A DNA stretch of 59,648 nt, filler included, from Basidioascus undulatus (GCA_000826855.1; 8 parts of 8 records of this genome joined end to end with filler, not necessarily neighbours in it); one strand, 5' to 3'. Numbered from the whole stretch's first letter, positions 47,590-59,648 are shown. Translations and numbers: made by a program. Notes: generated by a model not told the origin, from the sequence alone.

Positions 47590-48160
47590 CAGTCATCCTC
47601 GTCGCTCGTGTTGCTCAGTGTGTCTCCGCACCTCTGCCACGTCCGGTCCCTTGCTCTGCTCGGCAAAGAATCTCATTACGATGTCGATACTGTCATGGAG
47701 CGGGATGCCCGATACAAGATCTCTCTGACCCTCTTCTTAGCGACGCAAGCAACTCTGCGTCGTCTTGTGCTGAGCTACGACTATGCTTCCGGTCAAGGGT
47801 CCCCCCTTTTTGATTGTCTTCGAGGCCTTAATCTTGAAGAATTCGCTCTGGTGCCAGATGCCCGCTGGAGGTCTCCCGGGCCCTGGTTCGACACCGCCGG
47901 GATTCAGTTACTCTCCTGTGGACCAAGCTCGCAGGCAGTGCGTCGCCTGTGCGTTGCTAGCGCGTGGCTGGCAATGAGGATGCTTGCCTTATAGGCTTCT
48001 TCATATCACTTACTCACTTGATCATCTTTCAACACCGAAATGGACGATGGATCCTCGGACATTTCCTCTCAGCTTACAGCTGAGTTCAAGAGCCTTCCCG
48101 CTTTGAAACATGTCCTCATCATTCAAGAGCCGGAGTGGAAGTATAAGAGCGAGTTCTAGG
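47590..48160 (+). pseudogene. Fragment of an LRR/RNI-like (F-box-associated) gene
   Basis: HVRSLAL, TLRRLVLSY, LNLEEFAL, VRRLCV and FPALKHVLI repeats, interrupted by stops; no clear start. Confidence 0.35.
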
Positions 48161-48804
48161 AGGCAATGAAGGGAAGCGGGAACATTTCCGTACTCTTCCT
48201 TGACCACGGCGACTCGGTTCCGGTGCTCGGTTCCGGTGGACGACGACCCCGAAGCTTGCGCTTGCGCAGAACCGCTTAGGGCAGGATGGCTATGGAAGGG
48301 GTTGTTGTAAGGCACGCTTTGGGACAGGGAGATTAGGATGAGCATCGAATTAGTCTTGGAGTCAGTGGAAACTAGCGATTTGCTGCACGAGCCATGCTCT
48401 TGTACTCTTCACTCAAATGCATGGCCTGTTTATGTTGCCCTGCACCGGACTGAGGCCTGAAGCCCATTTATATCCTTCAAATGACTGTTTCTTTCCAATC
48501 GAGGACTGCTGAGCACTACCGAGCGCATGGCCTTTCCGTAGGTTGCAGCTGCAGGGCCACGTTCACTTCGTCCACTTACAAAATCCGTTTCGGACCGGAT
48601 TCTGCCTTTAAGTGAGGTACACATTGCAAGCTAAGCAGACAGGTGTACGAGGACATGTACATCATACTTGTATCTTCATTTCATCCATGGTATCTCAACG
48701 TTAAATCAAACAATCTCGGTATCCGTTCGTCTCTCTAATCTGCTCTGGTCCGATATCCACCACCCTCGGCCCGCCTCCTGAGGCGTCCCGCCTCATGCAC
48801 CATC

Positions 48805-51194
48805 TCAGAGCTTCGCCTTGATTATCCCCTTCCGCTCCTTCGCCGTCTTGGCCAGATCCCGGAGCTGGCGGCGCAGGATCTTGCCTGCGGCGCTCTTGGG
48901 CACCGCATCGATCAGCACGACGCCGCCGCGCAGCTTTTTGTGGTTCGCGACCTATTCCCGGGTGTTTCAGCAGTGCGAAGGGCGCAAAAGACGGGAGGGA
49001 GCTGAAAGACGAACCTTGGACGCGACCCAGTCTTCGATCCCCTTTGCCCAAGCGCTCTCCTGCCCGGACTTGATCACGTTCTGGGCGGGGACGATGTAGG
49101 CTCTGATGTGTTCAGGTTATGATCAGTCCAGTGCACTGTGAAGGAGAAAGGACGAAAGCCGATGCACCGAGGCAGCTCCGTCGCCTGCTCGTCGTCGTAC
49201 ACGCCAATGACCGCTGCGTCCGCAATCTCCTCGTGCGAGAGCAGGAGCGCCTCGAGGTCGGCCGGCGGGACTTGGAAGCCCTTGTACTTGATCAGCTCCT
49301 GCAAAGCGCCGCATCCGTCAGGCGGGTTCCTTACAAAAGGCAAAAGGGAGAGAGGATGGAAAGGGGAGAGAGAAAGGGAAGCCACGAACCTTCAGACGGT
49401 CGACAATGCAGAACAGGCCCGTGGACGCATCATACGTCGAGATATCACCGGTCTTGAAAAATCCGTCGTCGGTCATGCAGTCGCGCGTCGCGTCTGGGCG
49501 GTTGAGGTAGCCTGTTTTCCTCTCGCTCCTTTCAGCACCAGCACCACAAGTAGGACACTCAAGCGCAAGGCACCCACCCTTCATGACCATCGGCCCCTTG
49601 ATCCAGAGCTCGCCGGACGCGACGCCATCGTGCGCGACGTCCACCCCTTCCGGGTCGACGACACGCGCAACGGTGTTGGACACGAGAAGACCGCAGGAGG
49701 CGGGGTTGGAGCGCGAGAAGCGCGAGGGGAGGATGTGCGTAACGGGAGAGGTCTCGGTGAGGCCTGCGTGTCATCACCGCCAGGCTAGATCAAAATTGCG
49801 CCCTTGGAGCATTGTGGGGACGGGAAAAGGGAGGAAAGACGTACCGTAGCCTTGGATGATGTGCACTTTGCCCTTGAGACGCTGGACCACGCGCGCGGAG
49901 AGCTCGGCGCCGAGTGGGGCGGCGCCGGAGAGGAGGATGCGCAGGGAAGATAGGTTGTACGTAGATGCGAGGGGGGAGGTGGCGAGGATGACGAGGATGG
50001 GGGGAACGAGGAGACAGATCTGCGGGAGCCCACCGGGGTGTTTAGGCAGGTAAGCGGGTGGAGGAGACAGAAAGGAAGGGGGAAAACGCACAGTGACTCG
50101 GTACTTCTGGATTGCTTGGCCAAAGTGCTCCGGCACGAAGCGCGAGAGGACGACGACGGGGACGGAGGTGATCAGGGAGAAGTGGACGACCTTGACGAGG
50201 CCGACTGCTCGAGATAGAGCGGCGCTTAATAAAGGCAGGTGGAGGCAGTTGCAGAAGGGAATGGGCACGCACAGATGTGGTAGAAAGGCAGAACACCGAG
50301 CTGGACGTCCTTCTCGTTCGTCTCCGGGAATGCGCCATTTCGGCACACAAGGAGATCTGAGCCGATGTTGAAGTGGGTCGTCTCGACGCCCTTGCTCAAG
50401 CCCGTCTGTCATCCCGTCCGGCTGGTTCATTAAGAAGACTCTAGCCTTGAAGATGAAAGCAGGTACGCACAGTCCCAGAAGAGTAGCACAGGTACGCAGT
50501 CTCGTTGCACAAGTCCCCATCGAAGTTCTCCACTTCCCACTCCTCGCCCTTCCGGATCAGGCTCTCGTAGCTCTGGAAACCCTCAGCCGACTCGGGTGAA
50601 GCAGTGAACACGCGCTCGCGGATGCGCGCATCACTCCACTTGAGGTGCTGGCGCAGCGTGGTGAGAAGCTGGGGAAGGAGGGAGGGGTGCACGAAAACGA
50701 GGGAGGAGCCGGAGTCGGAGAGCTGGTGCGCGATCTCTGGCGGAGAACTACATCGTGGACGGTAAGGGCTCAGCGGTGCTATTGGGGAGAAGACGCATGG
50801 GACGCACTAGCCAGAGTTGGCGAGGGAGACTCGCACGCCTGCGGCTTGGCCGGCGAAGGCGATGAGCGGGTAGTCGATCGAGTTAGGGGAGAAACTGTAC
50901 ATGATGTCAAGCATCCAAAGTGAGCTGTGGGTTGATAAAGCATGCCTAAGGCAAGGAAAGGAAGACGCACACGAGCATGGTGTCCCCGCGCTTCAGGCCG
51001 ACCCTCCTCCGGATGCCAGCCGCCAGCTCCCGACTGCCATGGTAGAGCTGCGCCTGGGTGAAGGCCCGTCCGGTGAGGGCGTCGATGAACGCCGGGCGGT
51101 CGGACGACTGGCGCTCAGGGGGGAAGAGGAGGGCGTGGATGGACTGGCGGGGGAGGTCGATGGCGGGGTATCGGGACTGGATGAAATTGGGCAT
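48805..51194 (-). CDS. Peroxisomal 4-coumarate/phenylacetate-CoA ligase-like acyl-CoA synthetase (ANL superfamily)
   Basis: AMP-binding motif YLCYSSGT | [23 protein letters not shown] | LTETSP, FKTGD, DRLK | [28 protein letters not shown]-terminal AKL (PTS1). Confidence 0.93.
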
Positions 51195-51906
51195 GGCGGT
51201 CGGGTGGATGGGAGAGAGTGCGTCTAGCAGAATAATGGAATCGAGAATGCCTGGCTGATGGAGATTGAAGAAAACGGAGAGAACCCCAGGCGGAGGGGTC
51301 GACCCCGTCTTCGCGGACCGTCAACCGAGAGCTCCTCCGGCTACCTCAAGGGCCGGCCGGTGGTGGGCGATCACCATGTTCCCGTGACATAAGCCTAGCC
51401 CAGCCGAGGGCAGCAGAACCTCCACCGAGTGATGCGAAACGCATTGATAGTTTGATCGAGTCCATCGGAAAGGTCGTCGTCGTCGTTGCCATCAGCTGGG
51501 AGGCGTTGGTGTCGTTGCGGGGAAAGAAGCGAGCGGGCAGCTCACAGGCTTGGAGACACGCATGCGGCATCGGAGCCGAGCCGCGCTAAGATAAGATAAA
51601 TGGGCAGTAACATCAATTTGATTCCGTTACACTTGGGCAAGTGTGTTTGTGTGCGAAAGGGATGCAGCGCTTGTACAAAAAGATATTCTGTACATGTTCT
51701 GTCCTGGACTGGGGAAAGTTTACCTAGTTGGACGCTGAGGTGGAAGAGCCTTCCAGCGAGCATGCCGCGCTCAGCTACTTGTTGCTTTACTCGAGCAAGT
51801 CCCGGATCAAGGCCTGTACAGTCATTTTCGTTGCCCTTGCTGGCAGGACAGTCACAATATCATGCTCATCATTCTTCAGTCCACAACAGCAGCGCCCCTC
51901 CTTCCC

Positions 51907-52195
51907 TCACGTCTCCCCGAAGCCCAACCTCCTCTTCTTCGGGATCTCCTCCACCACGACCGTCTGCGGACGTTCAATGCTCCTCCCCAACACCTTGCTC
52001 TTCACCGCCTCCATCACGCTCAGCGTCACATTAAGCGGGAGGAACACGACCGCGAACACGCCGCGGCGGTGCCACGCGACTGCGCGGACCTGGGGGGCGG
52101 GCCGCGGGAGGCCGAGCGCCCACGCGAGGGGGTTCCACGACGAGCGGCGGGCTGTGCTCCGGCGCAGGAGCTCCTCGAGGAGCGCGAGGTCGTCG
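51907..52195 (-). CDS. 3' end of an unidentified protein
   Basis: Stop-free frame with strong GC3 bias from the contig edge: DDLALLEELLRR...GVFAVVFLPLNVTLSVMEAVKSKVLG...RLGFGET*. Confidence 0.55.
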
Positions 52196-52295
52196 NNNNN
52201 NNNNNNNNNNNNNNNNNNNNNNNNNNNNNNNNNNNNNNNTTAATTAATTAANNNNNNNNNNNNNNNNNNNNNNNNNNNNNNNNNNNNNNNNNNNN
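52196..52295. other. Artificial contig-concatenation linker
   Basis: N44-TTAATTAATTAA-N44. Confidence 0.99.
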
Positions 52296-52925
52296 AGCTT
52301 CACCGGTGCGTCCTTCCTCCCCTTCCTTCCTCCCCTTCCTTCCTCCCCTTCCTTCCTCCCCTTCCTTCCTCCTCTTCCTTCCTCCTCTTCCTTCCTCCTA
52401 CTCCTTCCTCCTACTCCGTCCTCTGCCTTTCAGACGTAGCTGATCAGGAGCTATGCAACGACAGCGTCGCCGAGTATCTCGAGACCCTCCCCGCGCGCGA
52501 AAAAGCGAAGCGCGAAGCCGCGCAAGCGAAGCTCGACGCGCTGGAGAAGAAGATCTCCGCCCCGCCCGCCAAGCGCCGGTTCGACGACGACAAGTTTGTC
52601 GAGGAGAGCAGGGAGATGAATGAGGGGGTCAGGAACGCGGTGGCGCTCGGTGAGTGTCTCCCTCCGCCCTCACTTTCCCCCTCCCCTTCCCCTTTCCCGA
52701 TAGACTGGTTCGCGAGAAGGATGTGGACTGACGAGTACGTTGTGGTTCACAGGTCTCAAGAAGCGCAAGAAGGCAAAGAAGAGTCCGAGCCCGGACGCCG
52801 AGTCCACCGCCGCCTCCTCATCCGCCTCCGCCGCCGCGTCGTCCAGCAAGCCCTCCGCCGACGCGGCCGAGCCGGCAACCGTGGCCAAGGTCGACGCGCC
52901 GCCGGCGGTGTCCGCAAGCGCATGA
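52296..52925 (+). CDS. SDE2: Splicing/replication-stress regulator Sde2, 3' part
   Basis: VAEYLETLPAREKAKREAAQAKLDALEKK...KRRFDDDKFVEESREMNEGVRNAVALG | LKKRKKAKK resembles the basidiomycete Sde2 C-terminal region. Confidence 0.72.
52311..52417 (+). repeat. Intronic polypyrimidine minisatellite, about 13-nt unit (CCTTCCTCCCCTT), about 8 copies
   Basis: Directly visible. The unit drifts stepwise from CCTCCCCTT to CCTCCTCTT to CCTCCTACT. Confidence 0.85.
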
Positions 52926-54188
52926 GCGTCTTTGCGTCGCGTCTCTTTCCTTATCATGTCTGTTTCTTGAGTCTTGTCCCCTGTATTTTCTCAAAATGTC
53001 GTGGTCTTCGCCCGAGGGAGTTTTCGCGCTTTACTGTCCCTTGATCGCGTTTGTCTTGTCCTGTATCGCTCACCCGCGCTTTCTGACCATGCATCGTGGT
53101 ATGTAAACATAAATCCGTGATGCCAGATCTTCGGTTCAGACGTGCGACGTTCGGAGGTTACAACATGAGCCAGTGACTCGTCAACTCTTCTCCCCTTGAC
53201 GACCTACCTCCTTCCTACCCTCCTTCCTCAAACGACTGACTGATCCTTCGCTTGCCTTTCGAGTCTATCGTTTTTTTGAAGATTGATTTCGAACAGCAGC
53301 CGAGACGCATGTACCCACACCTTGGTCCCTACGCCATTGCTCCTGGAACTCCTGGAAACCAGCCTTTCGGGATACAGCTGGGAACCATGAAACTCTGACA
53401 GCATCTAGCACGTTCTGGTCGTTTCTGTCGAATCCCTTGACCGGACCCACTGAATCCCTGAAAACTCGACAAGGAGAGTGACGAGAAAGCGCGTGCGAGG
53501 CAGGCGGAGAAGGAAGGGTGAGGTTCGTCACTTTAACCCTAGATGACAAAGCTGCTATAATATCACAAGAGGTCATTATATTTGGGTGGGGAAAGCAGAC
53601 AAGGGGGCCAACAAGATCAAGGGAGGAGGGGAGAACGGGCAGTGATTGGCGCGGCTGTCAACGAAACTCTATTTCCTGCGCTAGTCGTCGATGTCTGTTT
53701 CTTGAACGAGCGTGGACGGTGGCTGGGATTTGTGATTTTCGTAAGTCTCGAACAAGACGGCACATTTTGCTCATGGCTTGTCTTGTTAGCCAGATACTTC
53801 TTTGTGTTTGAACTCGCTCTACCTTGGCCCCATAATTGGTGCCTCGGATTGGGAGATATTAGAGGGAACCTCATTCGGCCTTATGCCATGGTTAATCCGA
53901 TGTTCTTTCAGTCGACTACATGGCTGCTTATATCAGCTGGCGTTCATCCTGGCTCTGTGCGGTACGTGAGCCGGTGAATGCACTTCGCTTGCGGCCAGCC
54001 TCTCTGAAAGCGAGTCCAGATCTCGACTGGACACCAAAGCTGAACATATGTGTGTCTTGATTTCGCGGACCCGATCTCAGGCACGAGGACATGAAGGTTG
54101 GAACACGTAAGGCCAGTGATGCTGGCTGCCTGTGTTTCTCCAAGTTTCCCTACCATTCTTTCCTCGATTATTCCTTGCAGCACTCAGA

Positions 54189-57100
54189 ATGCCGCATACA
54201 GGTCCGGGGAAATTACGGAATTACAGGTGGTTGCCGACGGTCAAGAAGAAATTGGGTCGCTCGGGCTACGTGCGACCGGGCGTAGTGCATTGGGAGGATG
54301 GCGCCGAGCCCTTGCTCGACCAGAGCATCCTCAGCCCGACACCGCAGGTGCGCTTGGAATTCACCGCTCGAAGATGTTCTGAATGAGAAGATTCGTGTCT
54401 CTCCAATCCTGAAAGGTTGTCACCAAGATCATCAGGCGCCTAAGGGCGCTCGTGATAAAGCTCATCCCCATTCAACTCGACGTCAACGAGCTCAAAGCGC
54501 CCGAGTCGTCCAGCCGCGTCATCACGCCGGAGACGGTCGATGTGTTCGCAGAGGCTGGAGGAGAGTGCGTCATTGTGCACGCGTCTATCGGAGAAGGCAG
54601 AGAAGTGCTGACAGCCGTGGCGCTTGCGTGCAACAAGCTATGATGAGTACGTTGCGCCCAGCTGTATGTGAAGATCGTCCGAAGGCTCATGGCGGTCATG
54701 CGTTAGGGCGGTTCCGTACTGTCTTCTCCGGGCTCACGCGTTGTTCAAGCGCCAGGCTATGGTCGACCAGTCTGACTATGATGAGGACCTCTGCCGAAGT
54801 GCGTTTTGACCGTCTCCTGCTCGACTCTTTTCGCACTCATTGCCCGGTAAACTTTGCAGGCGTCGCATGTGAGGTCCTGGCTCGGTACATGTGCGTCTTG
54901 ATAGCCAAGCATGGAGCTCGACGTTAAGTCAGATGTTGGCGCCATCGCCCTACCCATGCTGTTCAGCATTCACCGCGTTCCGGACGAACGCCTCGCGCTC
55001 GTCATGTCGAAGCGGTACTCGCACATGGAAGCCGACGGCGGGCCGTCTCCTCCTACCTCCATCTTCGAGACCGCCCTGGATCTGCATTGGTGCGCTTCTA
55101 ATCACGCTACGCTCCTGCGACACGTGGGCTCACCAGTATAATTGGGGTCTAGCACCATTTTCCTATCCTCTGACCAGTCTCAACAGTGCACCCAAGCCCT
55201 CTGGGACGGGTCATGGATCCAAATCTACGGTCGGGATGCGCAGATTCAGTATGTCCCCTACGGCATGAACCGCAATCGCTCGTTCAAAGATCACTTCGAC
55301 CCGTCCCGGCTTTCGGTCCCGCGGTGCGTCTCCGCGCGTCCTTGATATCCCCAATGAATGTAACTCAAGATTCCATTCAAAAAGATATCACGACTGTGAG
55401 TCGCTGCCCAGCAGACCTCGCGGAAACCGCGCTAATGTGGCGGCTGGACAGCCTTCCGCGTTATCGTCTGGCTCATCTTCCTCTTTATCTACTCGCGCTC
55501 CGTTCAGTCCCCGACAAAACACTTGAACCCGGAGAAGGCTCGCCAACCCCCATGCCCCACTTCGCGCTGCCGCTCATGCACGCCATTCCGTTGACTACAG
55601 GAATTCGACGCCTGGGAGTTTGCTTTGTATTACTTTGCTATTTCGTACTTCGTCTTCGAGTTCAGTCGCGTTCGTGTCGCCACGCTCTGTGCTTATGTGT
55701 AATCTGACGCTGACTTTCCGTGCGGTGTTTCGACAGCTCTTCAAGGCCATTCGCCACCAAGGTGTCTATATCGCCTTTTCTTTCTGGACGATCTTCAACG
55801 TAATCACATGTGCGCCGCGCATTTAAATCCATCTACTTACCATGGAATCGCCACTTGACGAGTCCGTGTCATGTCCCCCCTAAGATACCCTCCTTGTCCT
55901 CGCGTCCGCAGTCTGATCAAGCTCTAATGACGGAGCTGATCTCGATGTTTTTTGACGCAGATTTTCATTTCGCGTTGCGGGACTAGTCAAATCGAGGGAA
56001 TCAATAGCTGAACGGTGGCACCTGCTCTCCTTCGAGTTCGTACGTGCCTTATGTCCCCTTGCCGCTCGGTCCATGCGCTAAGGATAATACCATCGGACTA
56101 GCTATCTTGCGTAGCACCTCTGATTTGGATGAGTGCGTTGTGCTATTGTCGCACATAGCTGGGCGTATCCAGGATGAACTGAGGCTGACGTCTCACATAG
56201 AGCTCATCACTGTGCGAGCATTTCCAATTCATATCCTTTTTTGTTTCCATCCGCTTAACGTTGTACCTTTCCATCAGGTCTTCGACGGCTTCACCTGGAT
56301 TGTGAGTCCTGCTACCACAATCTTTTTGAAGTTCTGATCCTGCAACTTTCCGCCTGTACAGGGCTCGATGCAAATCGTTGTCTTCCACATGATGCGTGAG
56401 AGCCTCATCTTCTTCTTCCTTCTTGCTGTGGTATTTTCCGGTACGCATCTCCCTCTTCGTGAGGATAGCATATGCACGCTCACCGCTGATATCCCCTCTT
56501 TGAATGCAACAGGCTTCGCCCAAGCGCTCTGGGCGCTCGATGCCGCGGACGGCCGGAAACGCCCCTTCTCAGACGTCACGAACCAACTCTTGGTGGCGCT
56601 TTTCGGGTACGGTGTATCCCTCCGACATTGTCTCGGGCTTTCTTCCGCTCGTCTGCTGCCGCTGTCGCTGTGCGCTATTGTGTCTCACCGGACTGCTGTG
56701 TATCGCAGATCGCCCGACTTTGACGCAATGCTCAGCCCCAGGCGCTACGGCCAGCCATTCGGAGCTATTATTTTCTACTGTGCGTCGCAGTCAAGCTAGA
56801 AGCTGGAATGGAGAAATGCGAAAGGCTGATGGGAAATGAGATGGACAGCGTGGAACGTCGTTGCGGTCTTGATTCTGCTCAACGTCCTCATCGCGCTGTA
56901 TGCGAGCTCGTATAAGGGTGCGCCTTGTCTGTCTTGGTGATTTGAGTTGCCGAGCAAAGTTGATAAGTGGGAGATGAGGCAGGTATTTCGGATGATGCGA
57001 TCGCGGAGTATATGGTGTGTTGAGATCACTACAATCTTTCCTATGGCTGAGGCTGAGACTAGGTGATCTGGTGAATAGGCGTTCTTTGCAGTCTGCCCTC

Positions 57101-58080
57101 TCGCTTTTTTTCTCCTCCGCATGGAACGCTCCGCTGACATTTCTTAAGCCTGCAGGGCAAGACGATTGCCATGATGTGCGTTCGACATTTGGTAGTACCT
57201 CGTCTGCCAAGTGCTCTGACATCTCCATGCTCGACAGTCGCGCATCCGAATCTCTGTCGCCACTCGGCAGTCGCACATCCCACGCCATCATCTACCCCCC
57301 TCCATTCGTCCGCCTCCTAACCCAACCCGTCCTTTCCTTTCCCTTCGACCTTCTCACCTCCTCCTCCCTCCCAGAACCTGCTCGGAGTCCTCTTCATCGC
57401 CCCACTCGAGCCGTTCGTATCCCGGAGATTCTACTGGCGGTAAGCAAGCTGCGCGAGGTGCTTTGTTCTTTTCCTGGCGGGACGCTGATTCGGAAAGGAT
57501 GGGAGAATAAAGGCTCAACCGCGTCGTTATGACTGTGCTCTTCTTTGTTCCGCTCACGGTGATCGCCCTCATCGAGATGCAGGGGGACATGTGGCAGACG
57601 AGGTTGTGGAAAAGGTTCGCTTCGTCTACCCTTTCCTGGACCCTTTCCTGTCTTATCTTTTCTCACCCTCGGTCCTCTTTCCTGAATTGCTATTGTGGTA
57701 ACGAATATCAGATTGGTCGACACGCGCATGCACGAAGTCGAAGATGCTGAGGACGTCGAGAACCCATCTGAGGAACAGGATGGCTGTGTGGATGATGATG
57801 GAGGGCAGCACAACATCTGCCGCACGAGCTTTGATGAGCTCGTGAGGAGGTTGCCGGATACTAAAACTGTGCATCTCCTCTGTTCGCTGAAGTATGAACT
57901 GCGAGCGCTGAAGCTGAATGACAATGGGATGGGATGGGGGAAACGCAGTCAGTCGAGCGGGCTATCATTAGGGAGATCCACCAGCTGTACGTCTGCTTTT
58001 AGGGATGACAAGAACGGTGGGGGGTGGGGACCTGATGTGAGGGCGTGGGGAGGTCTACCAGACACAAAGACCTTGACTAG
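54189..58080 (+). CDS. YVC1: Vacuolar TRP cation channel TRPY1/Yvc1; about 28 introns (start codon uncertain)
   Basis: TKIIRRLRALVIKLIP, SRVITP, AVPYCLLRA, VACEVLAR, FDPSRLSVPRY, FDAWE, APLIWMKLITVFDG, MMRESLIFFFLL, LILLNVLIALYASSY, FFAGKTIAMIRA, PPPFNLL, LNRVVMTVLFFVPL. All exons join in frame. Confidence 0.92.
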
Positions 58081-58639
58081 TTCCAGAAGACTGCGGCGAG
58101 GGTCAACGAGAGCGCTGAGAAGGTGGAAGACGCTGTTTGACCGCGAGTCGGTCGCAGTTTCTGTCGGAGGAGGTTTCGAGGGCTCTGTCGGGGTCGGGGT
58201 CGGGGTGCCATTCGGAGGCTGACGCTGGAGGCTTTGCGGAGGGGCGGGATTTGCAGACCGCGTCCGAGACAGATGCGTTTGATGTTCCAAGTTCGCGTTG
58301 AACGGGACTTTCGCTAGGTAGCCAGCCTCACGCAGTGCGATTGCTTGCTTTGCTTTGCCCGCTGTCAGGAGATTCCCTGCCAATGCACATGCTGCTTTCC
58401 ACACACAATGACACACGCCCGCTTGAATGCTGTATCAATGCGATGCTGTAAGCGATGGACGATTCCCTCGAACTTGATCCTCGTCCTACCTCCCCAACCT
58501 TCCCGCTCAAGCCCAACCCACCCTCTCAACGGCCTACCCCTCTGACCGATCCTTCCACAAGCGCCCCTTCCCTTCGGCCTCCCAATCCCGACCCAGCCCC
58601 AGCCCCTACCGCCTTCATTCCCCCCTCATCGCGGCACGA

Positions 58640-59330
58640 ACGGGATGCGGAATCCCTGGCTTTAGTCTGCTCGCCTCGTCTCTTGATGTTCGTGTAAATT
58701 TGATGTGCATCCCATGTTGGCGCGGGTAGTTGTCATACGCGACCTCGACCTGAGGGGGGACAGCTGCTGCGAGGGGCTACCCAAACTCCACGACCCTCGC
58801 CTACGCGCTCTGGCTCTTCGTATTCTCGCTCGGCGGGGGCAGCGTCACACCCCCAAACTCCCTCATGCGCGGAAGGATTAACTCGACGAGCGTGTCGACA
58901 AAGTGGTATATCTGATCACCCCGCAGCTTCGTTTCGACCGAGATGTGCATCCCCACTCGGATCTTGAACTGCGCGACGCCGTGTTTGGCTTTGGGAGGTT
59001 TGGTTCTCCCGTTGTCCGGCGCAGTTGGAAGGAGCATCATGTGATGGGAATACCCACTATAGGATGTCTGTCTGTTATCAGCATGGGCTGCATATCGCAT
59101 GCGCAGTACACATGTCCAACGTCACAAACGGGTTTCTAGTGAGAGACAGAGGAAGTACAGAGCCCCTGTATGAGCGGAGAGCAACGTCGAAGACATGCAA
59201 GAAGAGCACCTTCCCTCGTCGACCCCATCCTCTCCCTCCCCTCCTCTGACCTCACCATCGCGCTCCACTGGCGTAGAGGCAAGACGGCCCAAGGCCGGAC
59301 CTGTCTCTGCGGTCGCCCCTTCCGCCGCAC
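58640..59330 (-). pseudogene. Decayed copy of mitochondrial ribosomal protein uL5m (Mrpl7-like)
   Basis: KAKHGVAQFKIRVGMHISVETKLRGDQIYHFVDTLVELILPRMREFGGVTLPPPS is a clear uL5 core. It is followed by stops and frameshifts (SA*..VVEFG*P...YPRQHGMHIKF). Confidence 0.65.
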
Positions 59331-59648
59331 CCACACCACCTGCGTCAACACAGCCATCGCCTCCATGCTCCCCGATACACCCCAATCACACTCAGCAACG
59401 ACCACACCATCCCTGGCGTCAACCTCATCAACCGCCTCTTCAACGCTGCACCCCACACCGCCAGTCCATTGCCATCGAATCCACCCTCCGTCAAGCATCC
59501 GAACACCGTCTCATCCCTACATAGTCTACTCTTCTCCTGCTGGCGGGGGGGCAAAGTTTTCGCCCACGTGGTTTTGTGCTGGCCTGGCCCCTTCTCACTC
59601 CTGTACTCTACCCCTCCTGTTGCCCACTAGCGGCGTCGCATGCAGAGC

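Noticed and set aside
42493..51194. Secondary-metabolite cluster (lipase + MBL-fold + ABC transporter + CoA ligase)
   Set aside because: It spans a linker, the ABC gene is a truncated pseudogene, and no backbone synthase is present.
40233..58140. Genome-wide stop-codon reassignment explaining in-frame TAG/TGA codons
   Set aside because: TAG and TGA both terminate intact genes here (RAD23 and the kinase with TAG; TUP1 and the CoA ligase with TGA). Most internal stops co-occur with frameshifts or are split codons at donors (TA|GT).
58187..58207. (GGGGTC)n short repeat as a functional element
   Set aside because: About three copies in 3' flank sequence; an ordinary microsatellite.

Overview
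This is eukaryotic (fungal) DNA, not a contiguous locus. Eight unrelated contigs of about 7.35-7.38 kb are joined, in descending length order, by seven identical artificial 100-nt linkers (N44-TTAATTAATTAA-N44), so synteny across a linker is meaningless. The GC-rich, intron-dense genes (GTGCGT/GTGAGT/GTACGT donors, CTRAC branch points) and the protein families suggest a basidiomycete, probably a Pucciniomycotina-type yeast (inference). All gene models below were spliced by eye. Housekeeping genes: ATP16, RAD23, BUD13, TUP1, SNF1, CHZ1, SDE2, YVC1/TRPY1, aminopeptidase P, a Cak1/Csk1-like kinase and an intron-containing tRNA-Pro(CGG). Other intact or partial genes: a Polycomb EED-like WD40 protein, a secreted GH162 endo-beta-1,2-glucanase, a secreted aspartic protease, a PriA/Cpl1-like Cys-rich secreted protein, an APH-like phosphotransferase and a peroxisomal 4CL-like ligase. 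Several genes are broken (7-TM protein, F-box, lipase, ABCC transporter, uL5m). Most notable: (1) a TTAGG-type telomere-like array capping the contig that carries the intact GH162 gene with a duplicated upstream block; (2) recurrent GC-AG introns, two in one gene; (3) a TRPY1 gene with about 28 introns whose C-terminal coiled coil continues in frame past a TAG; (4) an EED homologue. I found no convincing wholly new multi-gene system.
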